A stretch of 64,000 nucleotides of DNA from Haliotis cracherodii (taxonomy: Eukaryota). The translations under genes were made by a program, and so were the position numbers. The stretch spans positions 58,900,001 through 58,964,000 of the forward strand of contig NW_027266308.1 in assembly GCF_022045235.1 (NCBI RefSeq), given 5' to 3'. Position 1 is the first letter of the stretch. Each line of letters begins with the position of its first letter. This document shows, in pieces, positions 11,245 through 25,399 of this stretch. The notes beneath the pieces were generated by a model, which saw only the letters and a program-made list of their open reading frames with translations, made no database searches and had not been told where the DNA came from.

Positions 11245-11467
11245 ACCGCCTAGTGAAGCGTCTGCCCGGAGAGCGGAAGGTCAGGGATTCGATCCCGGAC
11301 CGTGTGATACCGAAATACGTTAAACGAAGGTACTTGTTGTTACCCTCCCTTTCGCTCTGCAATAAGGGGCTAAAATAAGGACTGCTCGACTCCGAGTCTG
11401 AGTATGCTGTGTATTCATGTTCAACTACGGCATGGTATCACAGTGTGCTAGCAATATAAACTCGGCA
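11245..11467 (+). mobile_element. SINE family A copy running into an assembly gap
   Basis: CCCGGAGAGCGGAAGGTCAGGGATTCGATCCC head plus GGTACTTGTTGTTACCCT core. Paralogues at about 17971-18300 and 25056-25475 end in (CA)n. Confidence 0.8.
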
Positions 11468-11595
11468 NNNNNNNNNNNNNNNNNNNNNNNNNNNNNNNNN
11501 NNNNNNNNNNNNNNNNNNNNNNNNNNNNNNNNNNNNNNNNNNNNNNNNNNNNNNNNNNNNNNNNNNNNNNNNNNNNNNNNNNNNNNNNNNNNNNN
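11468..11595. other. Assembly gap (N run)
   Basis: 128 N; the position matches the (CA)n tract of the other two duplicates. Confidence 0.99.
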
Positions 11596-11813
11596 TTCTC
11601 CTCACCTAGCTTTAAATGTTAAATGTATGTGCCACTTTTCTTACAAAACAATAACTCATCATATACAAGATTAATGGTATTGTTATGTCGCATATATTCT
11701 CCAACATTGTAACACACGGCCGATCTCTTGTTTATGGCGTGATTCACAAACACAAAAATATAATATTTATGTATCACGATACAAGTGTTTCTGCATCCAT
11801 AAAATTATGTATA

Positions 11814-12119
11814 CTGCATGCAATGTGGTAAGCGTCCACATTTCGGCCCTGCATGCAATATGGCGAGTGGCGACATTTCGGCACTGTATGCAATGTGGCG
11901 AGTGGCGACATTTCGGCACTGCATGCAATGTGGTGAGTGGCGACATTTCGACACTGCATGCAATGTGGTGAGTGTCTACATTTCGGCACTGCATGCAATA
12001 TGGTGAGTTGCGACATTTCGGAACTGCATGCAATATGGTGAGTGTCTACATTTCGGCTCTGCATGCAATGTGGCGAGTGTCTACATTTCGGCCCTGCATG
12101 CAATGTGGTGAGTGTCTAC
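11814..12119. repeat. 35-bp minisatellite, about 9 units
   Basis: Same consensus as 1-2322. Confidence 0.95.
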
Positions 12120-13655
12120 GTTCCCTGTCGTACTCGTCTTTGTGGATAAAAACAATGCAACAGGATGAAACCAAATATATAATTAGCTTTATTTTCTTGC
12201 CGGTTGTCAGAAATGATCTAGGGCACGAGAGGCCTATTTTAGAAGATGACGGATTGACAAAGTTAAAAACATTTGTGGAAAACTACCTCGCCATGCATCA
12301 TAATCAGTCACGTGGAAAACCAACAACAGGTATAAAGGGGGACGTTTCGACATCCTTGCATCCCGCACTTCTCCCGCAACTGTGTCCGATCTGATCTGTA
12401 GTGAAATTGTAAGTACAGTTTTAACATGTTCAACCATTAGTATATCCTCGTAAACCATTAGTAAATCTTAGTTGAGCGTTAGCAAATCTTAGCAAAGCAT
12501 TAGTAAGTCTTGCTATTTTATGCTAACCATACGCACTGACAGTATTGTCAGTTGAACAGGACATGCTCAGCCGAACACGTGTTGCCCTCACTGTTAGTAG
12601 GCGATGATTAGAGAGTGAATGAGTGAGTTAGGTTTAACGCGTGTCTTGGTGTGGGAGGAAAGTGATGCAGGTCTCAGACGTTTACCATTTTGGTGAAACT
12701 GAAGAGCATGGGTATGGTGCTGACAAACCTAGAAACATAATCGGGGCGAACTGGTATTCAAAACCACAATCATAGGTTTCTGATGTGCCCAAGGGACTTC
12801 GCTCACTACAGCGATTTCGGAATTATCCATAAGCCAATCTTGTCTGCATTGACAGTGGGCATCCTCCGTGGTCTAGTGGACGGGGCGTCCGGTGGGAGAT
12901 CGGAAGGTCGGTAGTTCGATCCCTTGGAGTCAACTCGGAGTCAGTATACTGTGACTGAGTTGGGTAGTCCATCTGAAAATGCAGCATGGTATCTCAGTGG
13001 GCTAGAACTATAACACCAGCATTAGTCCGGATTATCACAAACACACCACATCCTTCCACACACGCACACGTGAATGCACATCGCTTTATAAGTGCAATAA
13101 GCTTGAAGGCGACGCATCATTGAGACTGACTTATATCATTATGGATTTCAATTTCTTTAATTAGTCTTCCCATGCAAAGTAACGAAATGTCGCATAGCAA
13201 GAAAAAAGAAGTCAAAGCAATGATTCCAGATTGTAGATATGTATGAATTTGTCAGGTCCGTGTTTTGGAACTCGTGTCTGAGAGATGCGAATACGGGGAT
13301 ACTTCAAATAGTTATGTCTGTGTTTACTGTTATAAGGGGCGGTGGGGTAGTCTTGTGGTTAAAGTGTACGCTCGTCACGCCGAAGGCTTGGGTTCGATTC
13401 CCCACATAGTGACAATATGTGAAGCCTATTTCTGGTGTCCCCCGCCTTGATATTGCTGGAATATTTCTAAAAACGGCGAAAAGCCATAGTCTCATTTACT
13501 GTCACATGTTTACATGTTGTTTGTCACTTGTTTGTCAATTAAATCATGGCAGTGAGAGGTAATGAGGGTTTGATGGCAAGTCTTAACAAGATTTGATCAG
13601 CACATGAATGACATTGAAGAGTCTTTCTTACTTCAGAGCTATTTGAACAGCAGAC

Positions 13656-13970
13656 ATGAAGTTCGCCGTATTTCTCCTTGTCTTGGCATGTGTTTGCGCT
13701 GTCGCCCTAAGCGTTCCTCGTAAAAGGAGGTGCAAAGGCAAAGGTGAGAACGGCAACGGCAATGGCAACGGTGAGAACGGCAACGGCAATGGCAACGGTG
13801 AGAACGGCAATGGCAATGGCTACGGTGAGAACGGCAATGGAGAATGTGACGAAGGGAACAATGATGACAAAACTGATGACCAGAACAAGAACGGTAACGG
13901 CAATGGCAACGGCAACGGTAACGACAACGGTAACGGCAAAGGCAACGGCAATGGCAATGGCGACGCGTAA
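13656..13970 (+). CDS. Secreted Gly-Asn-repeat protein, short form (104 aa)
   Basis: Near-identical signal peptide, RKRR, two Cys, GN repeats; promoter, splice sites and polyA signal retained. Confidence 0.88.
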   Translation: MKFAVFLLVLACVCAVALSVPRKRRCKGKGENGNGNGNGENGNGNGNGENGNGNGYGENGNGECDEGNNDDKTDDQNKNGNGNGNGNGNDNGNGKGNGNGNGDA

Positions 13971-16900
13971 GGGCAACGTTAACTGAGGTCGAACAAATGC
14001 TCTTCCAGCGCATCTTTCTAAATGTAAGTTATATGAATGTGACACACTTTGAGTTAACTGTTTTTTTGTAAGTAAACACGACGAACCTTTTCCATAAACT
14101 TGTTGAATTTATATTTCCTACCTTTGAAATGACATGCCGGCAAAGCAGCAATTTATATTTGAATAAGCATGGATGCATTGAACACATGCACAATTCACGC
14201 CAGAGGGTATATGGGCAACATTGAATTTCCTTCTTGTCATGTCGGTTCGATAGGCTAAATTGTATTGGTACATGTGATGGTACAAAGTGGTCAGAGCATG
14301 TACCATTATGCAATCAGTATCCATTATCCATTATCTCAACTCCTATACGTGTTGGGGATGTTGCAAACATAACGGACTGACCAGTCCTCAATGAAAATTG
14401 AGCCTAAAGAACTTTAAAAAAACAAACCAAACATCCTGCAACAATGTTTTTTTGTCAACAGTCAGAAGCATAATTCAATTCTTTTAAAACATATTCTGGG
14501 ATAATTCTCCCCTCCCCCTCCCCCTTTAAATGGTTCATTAAATCATGTAATAAGCTAATATGAAGCCCTATCACGGTGGTATTTTTTGTCAACAGTCTGA
14601 AGCATAATTCTATTTTTCAAACATATTCTGGGTTAATTCTCACCTCCCCTTCCCCCATAAAATGGTTCATTAAATCATGTAATCAGCAAATATGCAGCCC
14701 TATCACGGTGGCTTGTGAGTAATCGAGTCTGTGCAACCGGGGTCCATAGAATGAAGGCTTAACGGTTTACCATGACGAGAATATCAGCTATATTTTGGGG
14801 TTAGAAATCTTACCCTTATACCACCACACATCCATTGTGGTCCTCAGATCCGTACTGATGATGTACGGGCGTATAACGTACTAAACGTATGCTTTTACTT
14901 TCAGGTGAAGCAGTTTCCCATCGAGCGTAATCATGAATTAATGTCTTGCAATCATGAATAAAAACTTTCCCCTGTCTTTCAAACTTTGTCGACAATCTTT
15001 TTGTTGTTAATTGTTGAGAGCTATGACGCTTAATAGATGTTTGACGATAGGTCCGGCCATTAACTGATATTCTGAGAAATTATTATGGCGATATCTTCAT
15101 CATTTGTCAGATAAGGATAGTTGAGATCGGCGTTAAACAACAAACAAACGAAACAAAAAGGACAAGTTGAAGGTTCGTGGATTCTAAGGGGTTTTCTACA
15201 TTGTTTAAGGTGGAAGATCACAATCAATTGTTTGTAGAGTAAATTATTTAGATCGGGGCTCTCGACGAAAGTGAAAGTTTAAAACCGTAACACTCGGATT
15301 GCAATGAGGTGCCACACGCCACACAGTGTCCTATCAAAAACCAATCGGTCATACTGGTCAGTTATCAGCTTTAGATGTTCAGTGGTATTATAACCGCAGG
15401 TCTAAATCAATACCATTGACATCATTTCTCCCCCTTTGTTGGGGAACGGTTGGCCAGGTCGTCTAAAGTTTGTCAGTACCATACCAATACTCATGGGTTT
15501 AATCAAAGTGGTAATTTAAATCGTCTGAGGCCTGTATTACTTATACCGTGATATAAACGGCATACTGTTCAAAGCGGCGTTAAATCCCTTCACTCACTTA
15601 CGCAATTCAAACCCAACCTGATACATTAAATACACGTCTATCTGTAATAGTTGAAAGTGAAAGTTTAAAACCGTAACACTCGCATTGGAATGAGCTGCCA
15701 CACGCCACACAGTGTCCTATCAAAAACCAATCGGAGAGTAAATGCCTTGGCTGGACGTCATAGTGGTCAGTTATCAGCTTTAGATGTCCAGTGGTATTAT
15801 AACCGCAGGTCTAAATCAATACTATTGGCATTATTTCTCCCCCTTTGTTGGGGAACGGTTGGCCAGGTCGTCTAAAGTTTGTCACTACCATACCAATACT
15901 CATCCATTCACTCACTTACGCAATTCAAACACAACCTGATACATTAAATACACGTCTATCTGTAATAGTAATCGGGCATGTCCACCTTGAGATGGACATT
16001 TAAGAATTCTTTCAATTGTTGGGGATTCATGGAAGAATAAGCCACAACAGGGCTTTCCCCAACATTACACGGAAGCTGACAGGGCGTGATGTAACTGCAT
16101 TAAGCCCAGCTCACTCACTCTCCACTTTTGTAGATTTAAGGTTCCCAGTATTAAATGTTGTCACACATGATAACTTTCAAAGGACTGGCCAGTTGCTATC
16201 AGGTCAATCAGTTTATTTAGTAAAGAGGCATATATATCTTTCATACCGTAAAGCGCATGATAGCAACAGATTATACTCTCATTAAGAAAATGGATTTGTA
16301 CATTCATGTTGATGTGTAGTAGGATACAAATGAGTAAATTTAGCTAAAAAGTGTGTGAAATCTATGTTCAAGAGGGGGCAGGGGTGGCCCCGTCGACTAA
16401 GGCGCCGCAATTCGCTGTGCAGATTTGCGTCCCTTGGACACACCAGAAACCTATGACTGTGGGTTCGAATCACGGTTCGTCCAGATTATGTTTCTAGGTT
16501 TTTCATCGCCATACCCGTGCTCGTGGCTTTCACCGAAGTGGTAAACGTCTGAGACCTGCATCACCTCGTGGCTTTCCTCCCACAATAAGCTGATACGTCG
16601 TAGTACAAATTGAAGTCTGTTCAAAGTGGCTTGAAACTAAACTCACTCACTCACTCACTTGTCATATCTGTGTTCTCTGTTAACATCGTGGCCAACTATG
16701 CTGATCCGATAAATGTGAGCGCTATGACATGGTCGTCACATTTGCTATTGCCGTAACCAAAGCTTTCCCTTTTCCATTGTCGTTATAATATACTCATCTG
16801 TGTGCGTTGCCAGGATTCCAGGAACAAAAAGACCTTCCTTGATTGTTCTAAGAGTTAGGGTTAATCTTTTGCGACAAGAATTTGTTGGTACATTTGCTAG

Positions 16901-18480
16901 ACCCTACAATCCATCTCTCCTGGTACAGAGTGTTATGGAGCTTTATATAGAGATCCAGGGCAAAAGTTGATAGTGATATTGTTTTGTTACATCAATCTTT
17001 ACACTTATAAGCGCAACTGGATTAGTGAAGTGACTGTAGGAGCGGGTCTGTTGAAGCGCCTTAAAAGGGCAGTTTATGATCATGTTTCTCACAATCCTTT
17101 CTTAATCATATTTGTTTGTTTGTTTGTTGTTTAACGCCGCACTCAGCAATATTCCAGCTATATGACGGCGGTCTGTAAAATAATCGAATCTGGACAAGAC
17201 AATCAAGTGATTGACATCATGAGCATCGATCTAAGCAATTGGGATCGATGACATGTATCAACCAAGTCAGCGAGCCTGACCACCCGATCCCGTTAGTCGC
17301 CTTTTACGACAAGCATTGCCGCCTAAAGATATCGCAGTGCCTTGTACGAATATATCATTAACATGTGCTTATGAATCTATCAAATAGTGATTATACGTGA
17401 AGGTGAACGTATGCTGCCCCACCGGGAACACCCGTCACTAACACACGCAAAGGCATGTCAATTGTTCACCTAAAACACACACGGTAATGGTGCACGCCAA
17501 AATATAGAATTGCACCAAACATCACAATAGCCACTCATGCATCATATTTGGAAATTTCCTCCACATGTTGGTCGTAAAACGTGTTGAAGGCCGTACTGAG
17601 GCATTGCATGTTGTAACCCTGATCAAACAACTTTTGAACAAGAACCGAATGACGCTGTATTCATAGAAAGAGCATGCTTGATTGCATGTCAAAAGTTATG
17701 AAATGAAGACACCAAAGGCAGGTGCGGCTGAAATAGTACTCGACATACAGGAAAACATACGTATCATCCCTCGAGGAACATAAGACCAGAAGAGCCCCTT
17801 GGCTCATCCCTTCACAGCGAATTGCGTCGTCTTTGACTGCATGGTCACTCGTGCCCTCTCATTATAAGTACCGTGGTTTATGTTAATTATTATATTTATC
17901 ATTAGGTTACTTACTAACTGTCATATACTAAAACCATACACATGGTGTGTGTAAGTTTAGCATTATAAAGACTGCCTAGTGGAGCGTCTGCCCGGAGAGC
18001 GGAAGGTCTGCAGGGATTCGATCCCGGACCGCGTGATACCGAAATACGTTAAACGAAGGTACTTGTTGTTACCCTCCCTTTCGCTCTGCAATAAGGGGCT
18101 AAAATAAGGACTGCTCGACTTCGAGTCTGAGTATGCTGTGTATTCATGTTCAACTACGGCATGGTATCACAGTGTGCTAGGAATATAAACTCGGCATTAC
18201 TCCGAAATAGTACAAGCACACACACACACCAACACACACACCAACACACACACACACAAGCGACGTGTAACCACATTACTCTTCACCTAGCTTTAAATGT
18301 TAAATGTATGTGCCACTGTTCTTACAAAACAATAACTCATCATATACAAGATTAATGGTATTGTTATGTCGCATATATTCTCCAACATTATAACATGTTT
18401 ATGGCGTGATTCACAAACACAAAAAGATAATATTTATGTATCACGATACAAGTGTTTCTGCATCCGTAAAATTATGTATA

Positions 18481-19207
18481 CTGCATGCAATGTGGTAAAC
18501 GTCTACATGTCGGCCCTGCATGCAATATGGCGAGTGTCTACATTTCGGCACTGCATGCAATGTGGTGAGTGTCTACATTTCGGCCCTGCATGCAATGTGG
18601 TGAGTGTCGACATTTCAGGCACTGCATGCAATGTCATGAGTGTCTACATGTCGGCCCTGCATGCAATATGGTGAGTGGTGACATTTTGGCACTAGATGCA
18701 ATGTGGTGAGTGTCTTCATGTCGGCCCTGCATGCAATATGGTGAGTGGCGACATTTCGGAACTGTATGCAATGTAGTGAGTGTCTACATTTCGACTCTGT
18801 ATGCAATGTGGTGAGTGTCTACATTTCGGCCCTGCATGCAATATGGCGAGTGTCTACATTTCGGCACTGGATGCAATGTGGTGAGTGTCTACATGTCGGC
18901 CCTGCATGCAATATGGTGAGTGGCGACATTTCGGCACTGTATGCAATGTAGTGAGTGTCTACATTTCGACTCTGTATGCAATGTGGTGAGTGTCGACATT
19001 TCGGCCCTGCATGCAATATGGCGAGTGTCTACATTTCGGCACTGGATGCAATGTGGTGAGTGTCTACATGTCGGCCCTGCATGCAATATGGTGAGTGGTG
19101 ACATTTCGGCACTGCATGCAATGTGGTGAGTGTCGACATTTCGGCACTGCATGCAATGTGGAGAGTGTCGACATTACGGCTCTGCATGCAATGTGGTGAG
19201 TGTCTAC
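18481..19207. repeat. 35-bp minisatellite, about 21 units
   Basis: Same consensus as 1-2322. Confidence 0.95.
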
Positions 19208-20887
19208 GTTCCCTGTCGTACTCGTCTTTGTGGATAAAAACAATGCAACAGGATGAAACCAAATATATAATTAGCATTATTTTCTTGCCGGTTGTCAGAA
19301 ATGATCTAGGGCACGAGAGGCCTATTTTAGAAGATGACGGATTGACAAAGTTAAAACCATTTGTGGAAAACTACCTCGCCATGCATCATAATCAGTCACG
19401 TGGAAAACCAACAACAGGTATAAAGGGGGATCATTTCGATATTCTTGCATCCCGCACTACTCCCGCAATTGTGTCCGATCTGATCTATAGTGAAATTGTA
19501 AGTAGTTTTAACATGTTCAACCATTAGTATATCTTCGTAAACCATTAGTAAATCTTAGTTGAGCATTAGCAAATCTTAGTAAAGCATTAGTAAGTCTTGC
19601 TTTTTTATGCTAACCATACGCACTGACAGTGTTATCAGTTGAACAGGACATGCTCAGCCGAACACGTGTTGCCCTCACTGTTAGTAGGCGATGATTAGAG
19701 AGTGAATGAGTGAGTTAGGTTTAACGCGTGTCTTGGTGTGGGAGGAAAGTGATGCAGGTCTCAGAAGTTTACCATTTTGGTGAAACTGAAGAGCATGGGT
19801 ATGGTGCTGACAAACCTAGAAACATAATCGGGGCGAACTGGTATTCAAAACCACAATCATAGGTTTCTGATGTCCCCAAGGGACTTCGCTCACTACAGCG
19901 ATTTCCGAATTATCCATAAGCCAATCTTGTCTGCATTGACAGTGGGCATCCTCCGTGGTCTAGTGGATGGAGCGTCCGGTGGGAGATCGGAAGGTCGGTA
20001 GTTCGATCCCTTGAGCGGGTCTTACCCATGAAAGATGGTACTTGTTAAAAGATGGTAGTTGTAGTTAACCTGCCTGGCCCTCGTCATTCAGGGGAAACAA
20101 TGACAGTGGTCAACTCGGAGTCAGTATACTGTGACTGAGTTGGGTAGTCCATCTGAAAATGCAGCATGGTATCTCAGTGGGCTAGAACTATAACACCAGC
20201 ATTAGTCCGGATTATCACAAGCACACCACACCCTTCCACACACGCACACGTGCATGCACATCGCTTTATAAGTGCAATAAGCTTGAACGCGACGCCTCAT
20301 TGAGACTGACTGATAGCATTATGGATTTCAATGTCTGTAATTAGTCTTCCCATGCAAAGTAACGAAATGTCGCATAGCAAGAAAAAAGAAGTCAATGCAA
20401 TGATTCCAGATTGTAGATATCTATGAATTTATCAGGTCTGTGTTTTGGAACTCTTGTCTGAGAGATGCGAATACGGGGATACTTCAAATAGTGTTGTCTG
20501 TGTTTACTGTTATAAGGGGCGGTGGGGTAGTCTTGTGGTTAAGGCCGAAGGCCTGGGTTCGATTCCCCACATAGGTACAATATGTGAAGCCTATTTCTGG
20601 TGTCCCCCGCCTTGATATTGCTGGAATATTTCTAAAAGCGGCGAAAAGCCATAGTCTCATTTACTGTCATAAAGTAGCATGAAGGATAAAGGAATCTAAT
20701 TATACGTGATTAAATGTAAACGATGTCTTATATATAAGTCGTTCATGTTGTTTGTCACTTGTTTGTCAATTAAATCATGGCAATGAGAGGTAGTGAGGGT
20801 TTGATGGCAAGTCTTAACAAGATTTTTATCAGCACATGAATGACATTGAAGAGTCTTTCTTACTTCACAGCTATTTGAACAGCAGAC

Positions 20888-21256
20888 ATGAGGTTCGCCG
20901 TATTTCTCCTTGTCTTGGCATGCGTTTGCGCTGTCGCCCTAAGCGCTCCTCGTAAAAGGAGGTGCAAAGGCAAAGGTGAGAACGGCAACGGCAATGGCAA
21001 CGGTGAGAACGGCAACGGCAATGGCAAAGGTGAGAACGGCAACGGCAATGGCAAAGGTGAGAACGGCAACGGCAATGGCAACGGTGAGAACGGCAATGGC
21101 AATGGCAACGATGACAACGGCAATGGAGAATGTGACGAAGGGAACAATGATGACAAAGCTGATGACCCGAACAACAACGGTAACGGCAATGGCAACGGCA
21201 ACGGTAACGACAACGGTAACGGCAAAGGCAACGGCAATGGCAATGGCGACGCGTAA
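20888..21256 (+). CDS. Secreted Gly-Asn-repeat protein, short form (122 aa)
   Basis: Signal peptide MRFAVFLLVLACVCAVALSA, RKRR, two Cys flanking five GENGNGNG(N/K) units; gene signals intact. Confidence 0.88.
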   Translation: MRFAVFLLVLACVCAVALSAPRKRRCKGKGENGNGNGNGENGNGNGKGENGNGNGKGENGNGNGNGENGNGNGNDDNGNGECDEGNNDDKADDPNNNGNGNGNGNGNDNGNGKGNGNGNGDA

Positions 21257-24200
21257 CGGCAACGTTAACTGAGGTCGAACAAATGCTCTTCCAGCGCATC
21301 TTTCTAAATGTAAGTCATATGAATGTGACACACTTTGAGTTAACTGTTTTTTTGTAAGTAAACACGACGAACCTTTTCCATAAACTTGTTGAATTTATAT
21401 TTCCTACCTTTGAAATGACATGCTGGCAAAGCAGCAATTTATATTTGAATAAGCATGGATGCATTGAACACATGCACAATTCACACCAGAGGGTATATGG
21501 GCAACATTCCTTCTTGTCATGTCGGTTCGATAGGCTAAATTGTACTGGTACATGTGATGGTACAAAGTGGTCAGAGCATGTACCATTATGCAATCAGTAT
21601 CCATTATCCATTATCTCAACTCCTATACGTGTTGGGGATGTTGCAAACATAATGGACTGACCAGTCCTCAATGAAAATTGAGCCTAAATTTTTTTTAACC
21701 CCCCCCCCCCCAACATCTTGCAACAATGTTTTTTTTGTCAACAGTCTGAAGCATAATTCAATTCTTTTAAAACATATTCTGGGATAATTCTCACCTCCCC
21801 CTCCCCCATTAAATGGTTCATTAAATCATGTAATAAGCTAATATGAAGCCCTATCACGGTGGCGTGTGCGTAATCGAGTCTGTATTACCGGTGGTCGATA
21901 GAATGAAGGCTTAACGGTGTACCATGACGAGAATATCAGTTATATATTGTGGTGAGAAATCCAACCATTATACCACCACACATCCAGTGTGGTCCTCAGA
22001 TCCGTACTGATGATGTACGGGCGTATAACGTACTAAACGTATGCTTTTACTTTCAGGTGAAGCAGTTTCCCAGCGAGCGTAATCATGAATTAATGTCTTG
22101 CAATCTTGAATAAAAACTTTCCCCTATCTTTCAAACTTTGTCGACAATCTTTTTGTTGTTAATTGTTGAGAGCTATGACACTTGATAGATGTTTGACGAT
22201 AGGTCCGGCCATTAACTGATATTCGGAGAAATTATTATGGCGATATCTTCATCATTTGTCAGATAAGGATAGTTGAGATCGGCATTAAACAACAATCAAA
22301 CGAAACAAAAATGACAAGTTGAAGGTTCGTGGATTCTAAGGGGTTTTCTACATTGTTTAAGGTGGAAGATCACAAACAATTGTTTGTAGAGTAAATTATT
22401 TAGATCGGGGCTCTCGACGAAAGTGAAAGTTTAAAACCATAACACTCGCATTGCAATGAGCTGCCACACGCCACACAGTGTCCTATCAAAAACCAATCGG
22501 TCATACTGGTCAGTTATCAGCTTTAGATGTTCAATGGTATTATAACCGCTAAATCAATACCATTGACATCATTTCTCCCCCTTTTTTGTTGGGGAACGGT
22601 TGGCCAGGTCGTCTCAGGTTTGTCAGTACCATACCAATACTCATGGGTTTCATCAAAGTGGTAATTTAAAACGTCTGAGGCCTGTATCACTTATACCGTG
22701 ATATAAACGGCATACTGTTCAAAGCGGCGTTAAATCCATTCACTCACTTACGCAATTCAAACCCAACCTGATACATTAAATACACGTCTATCTGTAATAG
22801 TTGAAAGTGAAAGTTTAAAACGTAACACTCGCATTGGAATGAGCTGCCACACGCCACACAGTGTCCTATCAAAAACCAATCGGTCATACTGGTCAGTTAT
22901 CAGCTTTAGATGTCCATTGGTATAATAACCGCAGGTCTAAATCAATACTATTGACATTATTTCTCCCCCTTTGTTGGGGAACGGTTGGCCAGGTCGTCTA
23001 AAGTTTGTCACTACCATACCAATACTCATCCATTCACTCACTTACGCAATTCAAACACAACCTGATACATTAAATACACGTCTATCTGTAATAGTTATCG
23101 GGTATGTCCACCTTGGACATTTGAGAATTTTTTCAATTGTTGGGGATTCATGGAAGAATAAGCCACAACAGGGCTTTCCCCAACATTACACGGAAGCTCA
23201 CAGGGCGTGATGTAACTGCATTAAGCCCAGCTCACTCACTCTCCACTTTTGTAGATTTAAGGTTCCCAGTATTAAATGTTGTAACACATGATAACTTTCA
23301 AAGGACTGGCCAGTTGCTATCAGGTCAATCTGTTTATTAAGTAAAGAGGCATATATATCTTTCATACCGTAAAGCGCATGCTAGCAACAGATTATACTCT
23401 CATTTAGAAAATGGATTTGTACATTCATGTTGATGTGTAGTAGGATACAAATAAGTAAATTTAGCTAAAAAGAGTGTGAAATCTATTTTCAAGAGGGGGC
23501 AGGGGTGGCCCTGTCGTCTAACGCGCCGCAATTCGCTGTGCAGATTTGCGTCCCCTGGACACATCAGAAACCTATAACTGTGGGTTCGAATCACGGTTCG
23601 CCCAGATTATGTTTCTAGGTTTTTCATCACCATACCCGTGCTCGTGGCTTTCACCGAAGTGGTAAACGTCTGAGACCTGCATTACCTCGTGGCTTTCATC
23701 CCACAATAAGCTGATACGTCGTAGTACAACTGGAAGTCTGTTCAAAGTGGCTTGAAACTAAACTCACTCACTCACTCACTTGTCATTTCTGTGTTCTCTG
23801 TTATTAACATCGTGGCCAACTATGCTGATCCGATAAATGTGAGCGCTATGACATGGTCGTCACATTTGCTATTGCCGTAACCATAGCTTTCCCTTTTCCA
23901 TTGTCGTTATGATATACGTTGCCAGGATTCCAGGAACAAAAAGACCTTCCTTGATTGTTCTAAGAGTTAGGGTTAATCTTTTGCGACAAGAATTTGTTGT
24001 TACATTTGCTAGACCCTACAATCCATCTATCCTGGTACGGAGTGTTATGGAGCTTTATATAGAGATCCAGGGCAAAAGTTGATAGTGATATTGTTTTGTT
24101 ACATCAATCGTTACACTAATAAGCGCAACTGGATTAGTGAAGTGACTGTAGGAGCGGGTCTGTTGAAACGCCTTAAAACCCTTTCTTAATCATATTTGTT

Positions 24201-25290
24201 TGTTTGTTTGTTGTTCAACTCCGCACTCAGCCATTGTCCAGCTATATGACGGCGGTCTGTAAAATAATCGAATCTGGACAAGACAATCATGTGATTGACA
24301 TCATGAGCATCGATCTAAGCAATTGGGATCGATGACATGTATCAACCAAGTCAGCGAGCCTGACCACCCGATCCCGTTAGTCGCCTTTTACGACAAGCAT
24401 TGCAGCCCAAAGAGATCGCAGTGCCTTGTACGAATATATCATTAACATGTGCTTATGAATCTATCAAATAGTGATTATACGTGAAGGTGAACGTATGCTG
24501 CCCCACCGGGAACACCCGTCACTAACACACGCAAAGGCATGTCAGTTTTTCACCTAAAACACACACGGTAAGGGTGCACGCCAAAATATAGAATTGCACC
24601 AAACATCACAATAGCCACTCATGCATCATATTTGGAAATTTCCTCCACATGTTGGTCGTAAAAAGTGTTGAAGGCCGTAATGAGGCATTGAATGTTGTAG
24701 CCCTGATCAAACAACTTTTGAACAAGAGCCACTTGACGCTGTATTCATAGAAAGAGCATGCTTGATTGCATTTCAAAAGTTATAAAATGAAGACACCAAA
24801 GACAGGTGCGGCTGAAATAGTACTCGACATACAGGAAAACATACGTATCATCCCTCGAGGAACATAAGACCAGAAGAGCCCCTTGGCTCATCCCTTCACA
24901 GCGAATTGCGTCGTCTTTGACTGCATGGTCACTCGTGCCCTCTCATTATAAGTACCGTGGTTTATGTTAATTATTATATTTATCATTATGTTACTTATTA
25001 ACTGTCATATACTAAAACCATACACATGGTGTGTGTTAGTTTAGCATTATGAAAACCGCCTAGTGGAGCGTCTGCCCGGAGAGCGGAAGGTCAGGGAATC
25101 GCACCGCGTGATACCGAAATACGTTAAACGAAGGTACTTGTTGTTACCCTCCCTTTCGCTCTGCAATAAGGGGCTAAAATAAGGACTGCTCGACTCCGAG
25201 TCTGAGTATGCTGTGTATTCATGTTCAACTACGGCATGGTATCACAGTGTGCTAGGAATATAAACTCGGCATTACTCCGAAATAGTACAA

Positions 25291-25317
25291 GCACACACAC
25301 ACACTCCAACACACTCC

Positions 25318-25396
<79 letters not shown>
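25291..25396. repeat. (CA)n microsatellite
   Basis: Long CA run in a family A SINE tail. Confidence 0.97.

Positions 25397-25399
<3 letters not shown>

Larger units (their letters stand above)
11814..18480 (+). repeat. Tandem segmental duplicate, copy 2 (about 6.7 kb)
   Basis: Colinear high similarity to 1-11813 and 18481-25667 across satellite, promoter, gene and SINEs. Confidence 0.95.

Noticed and set aside
11972-12394. ORFs running out of the satellite, also at 19123-19527
   Set aside because: They start in the satellite, overlap the promoter, and the frame is not kept in copy 1.
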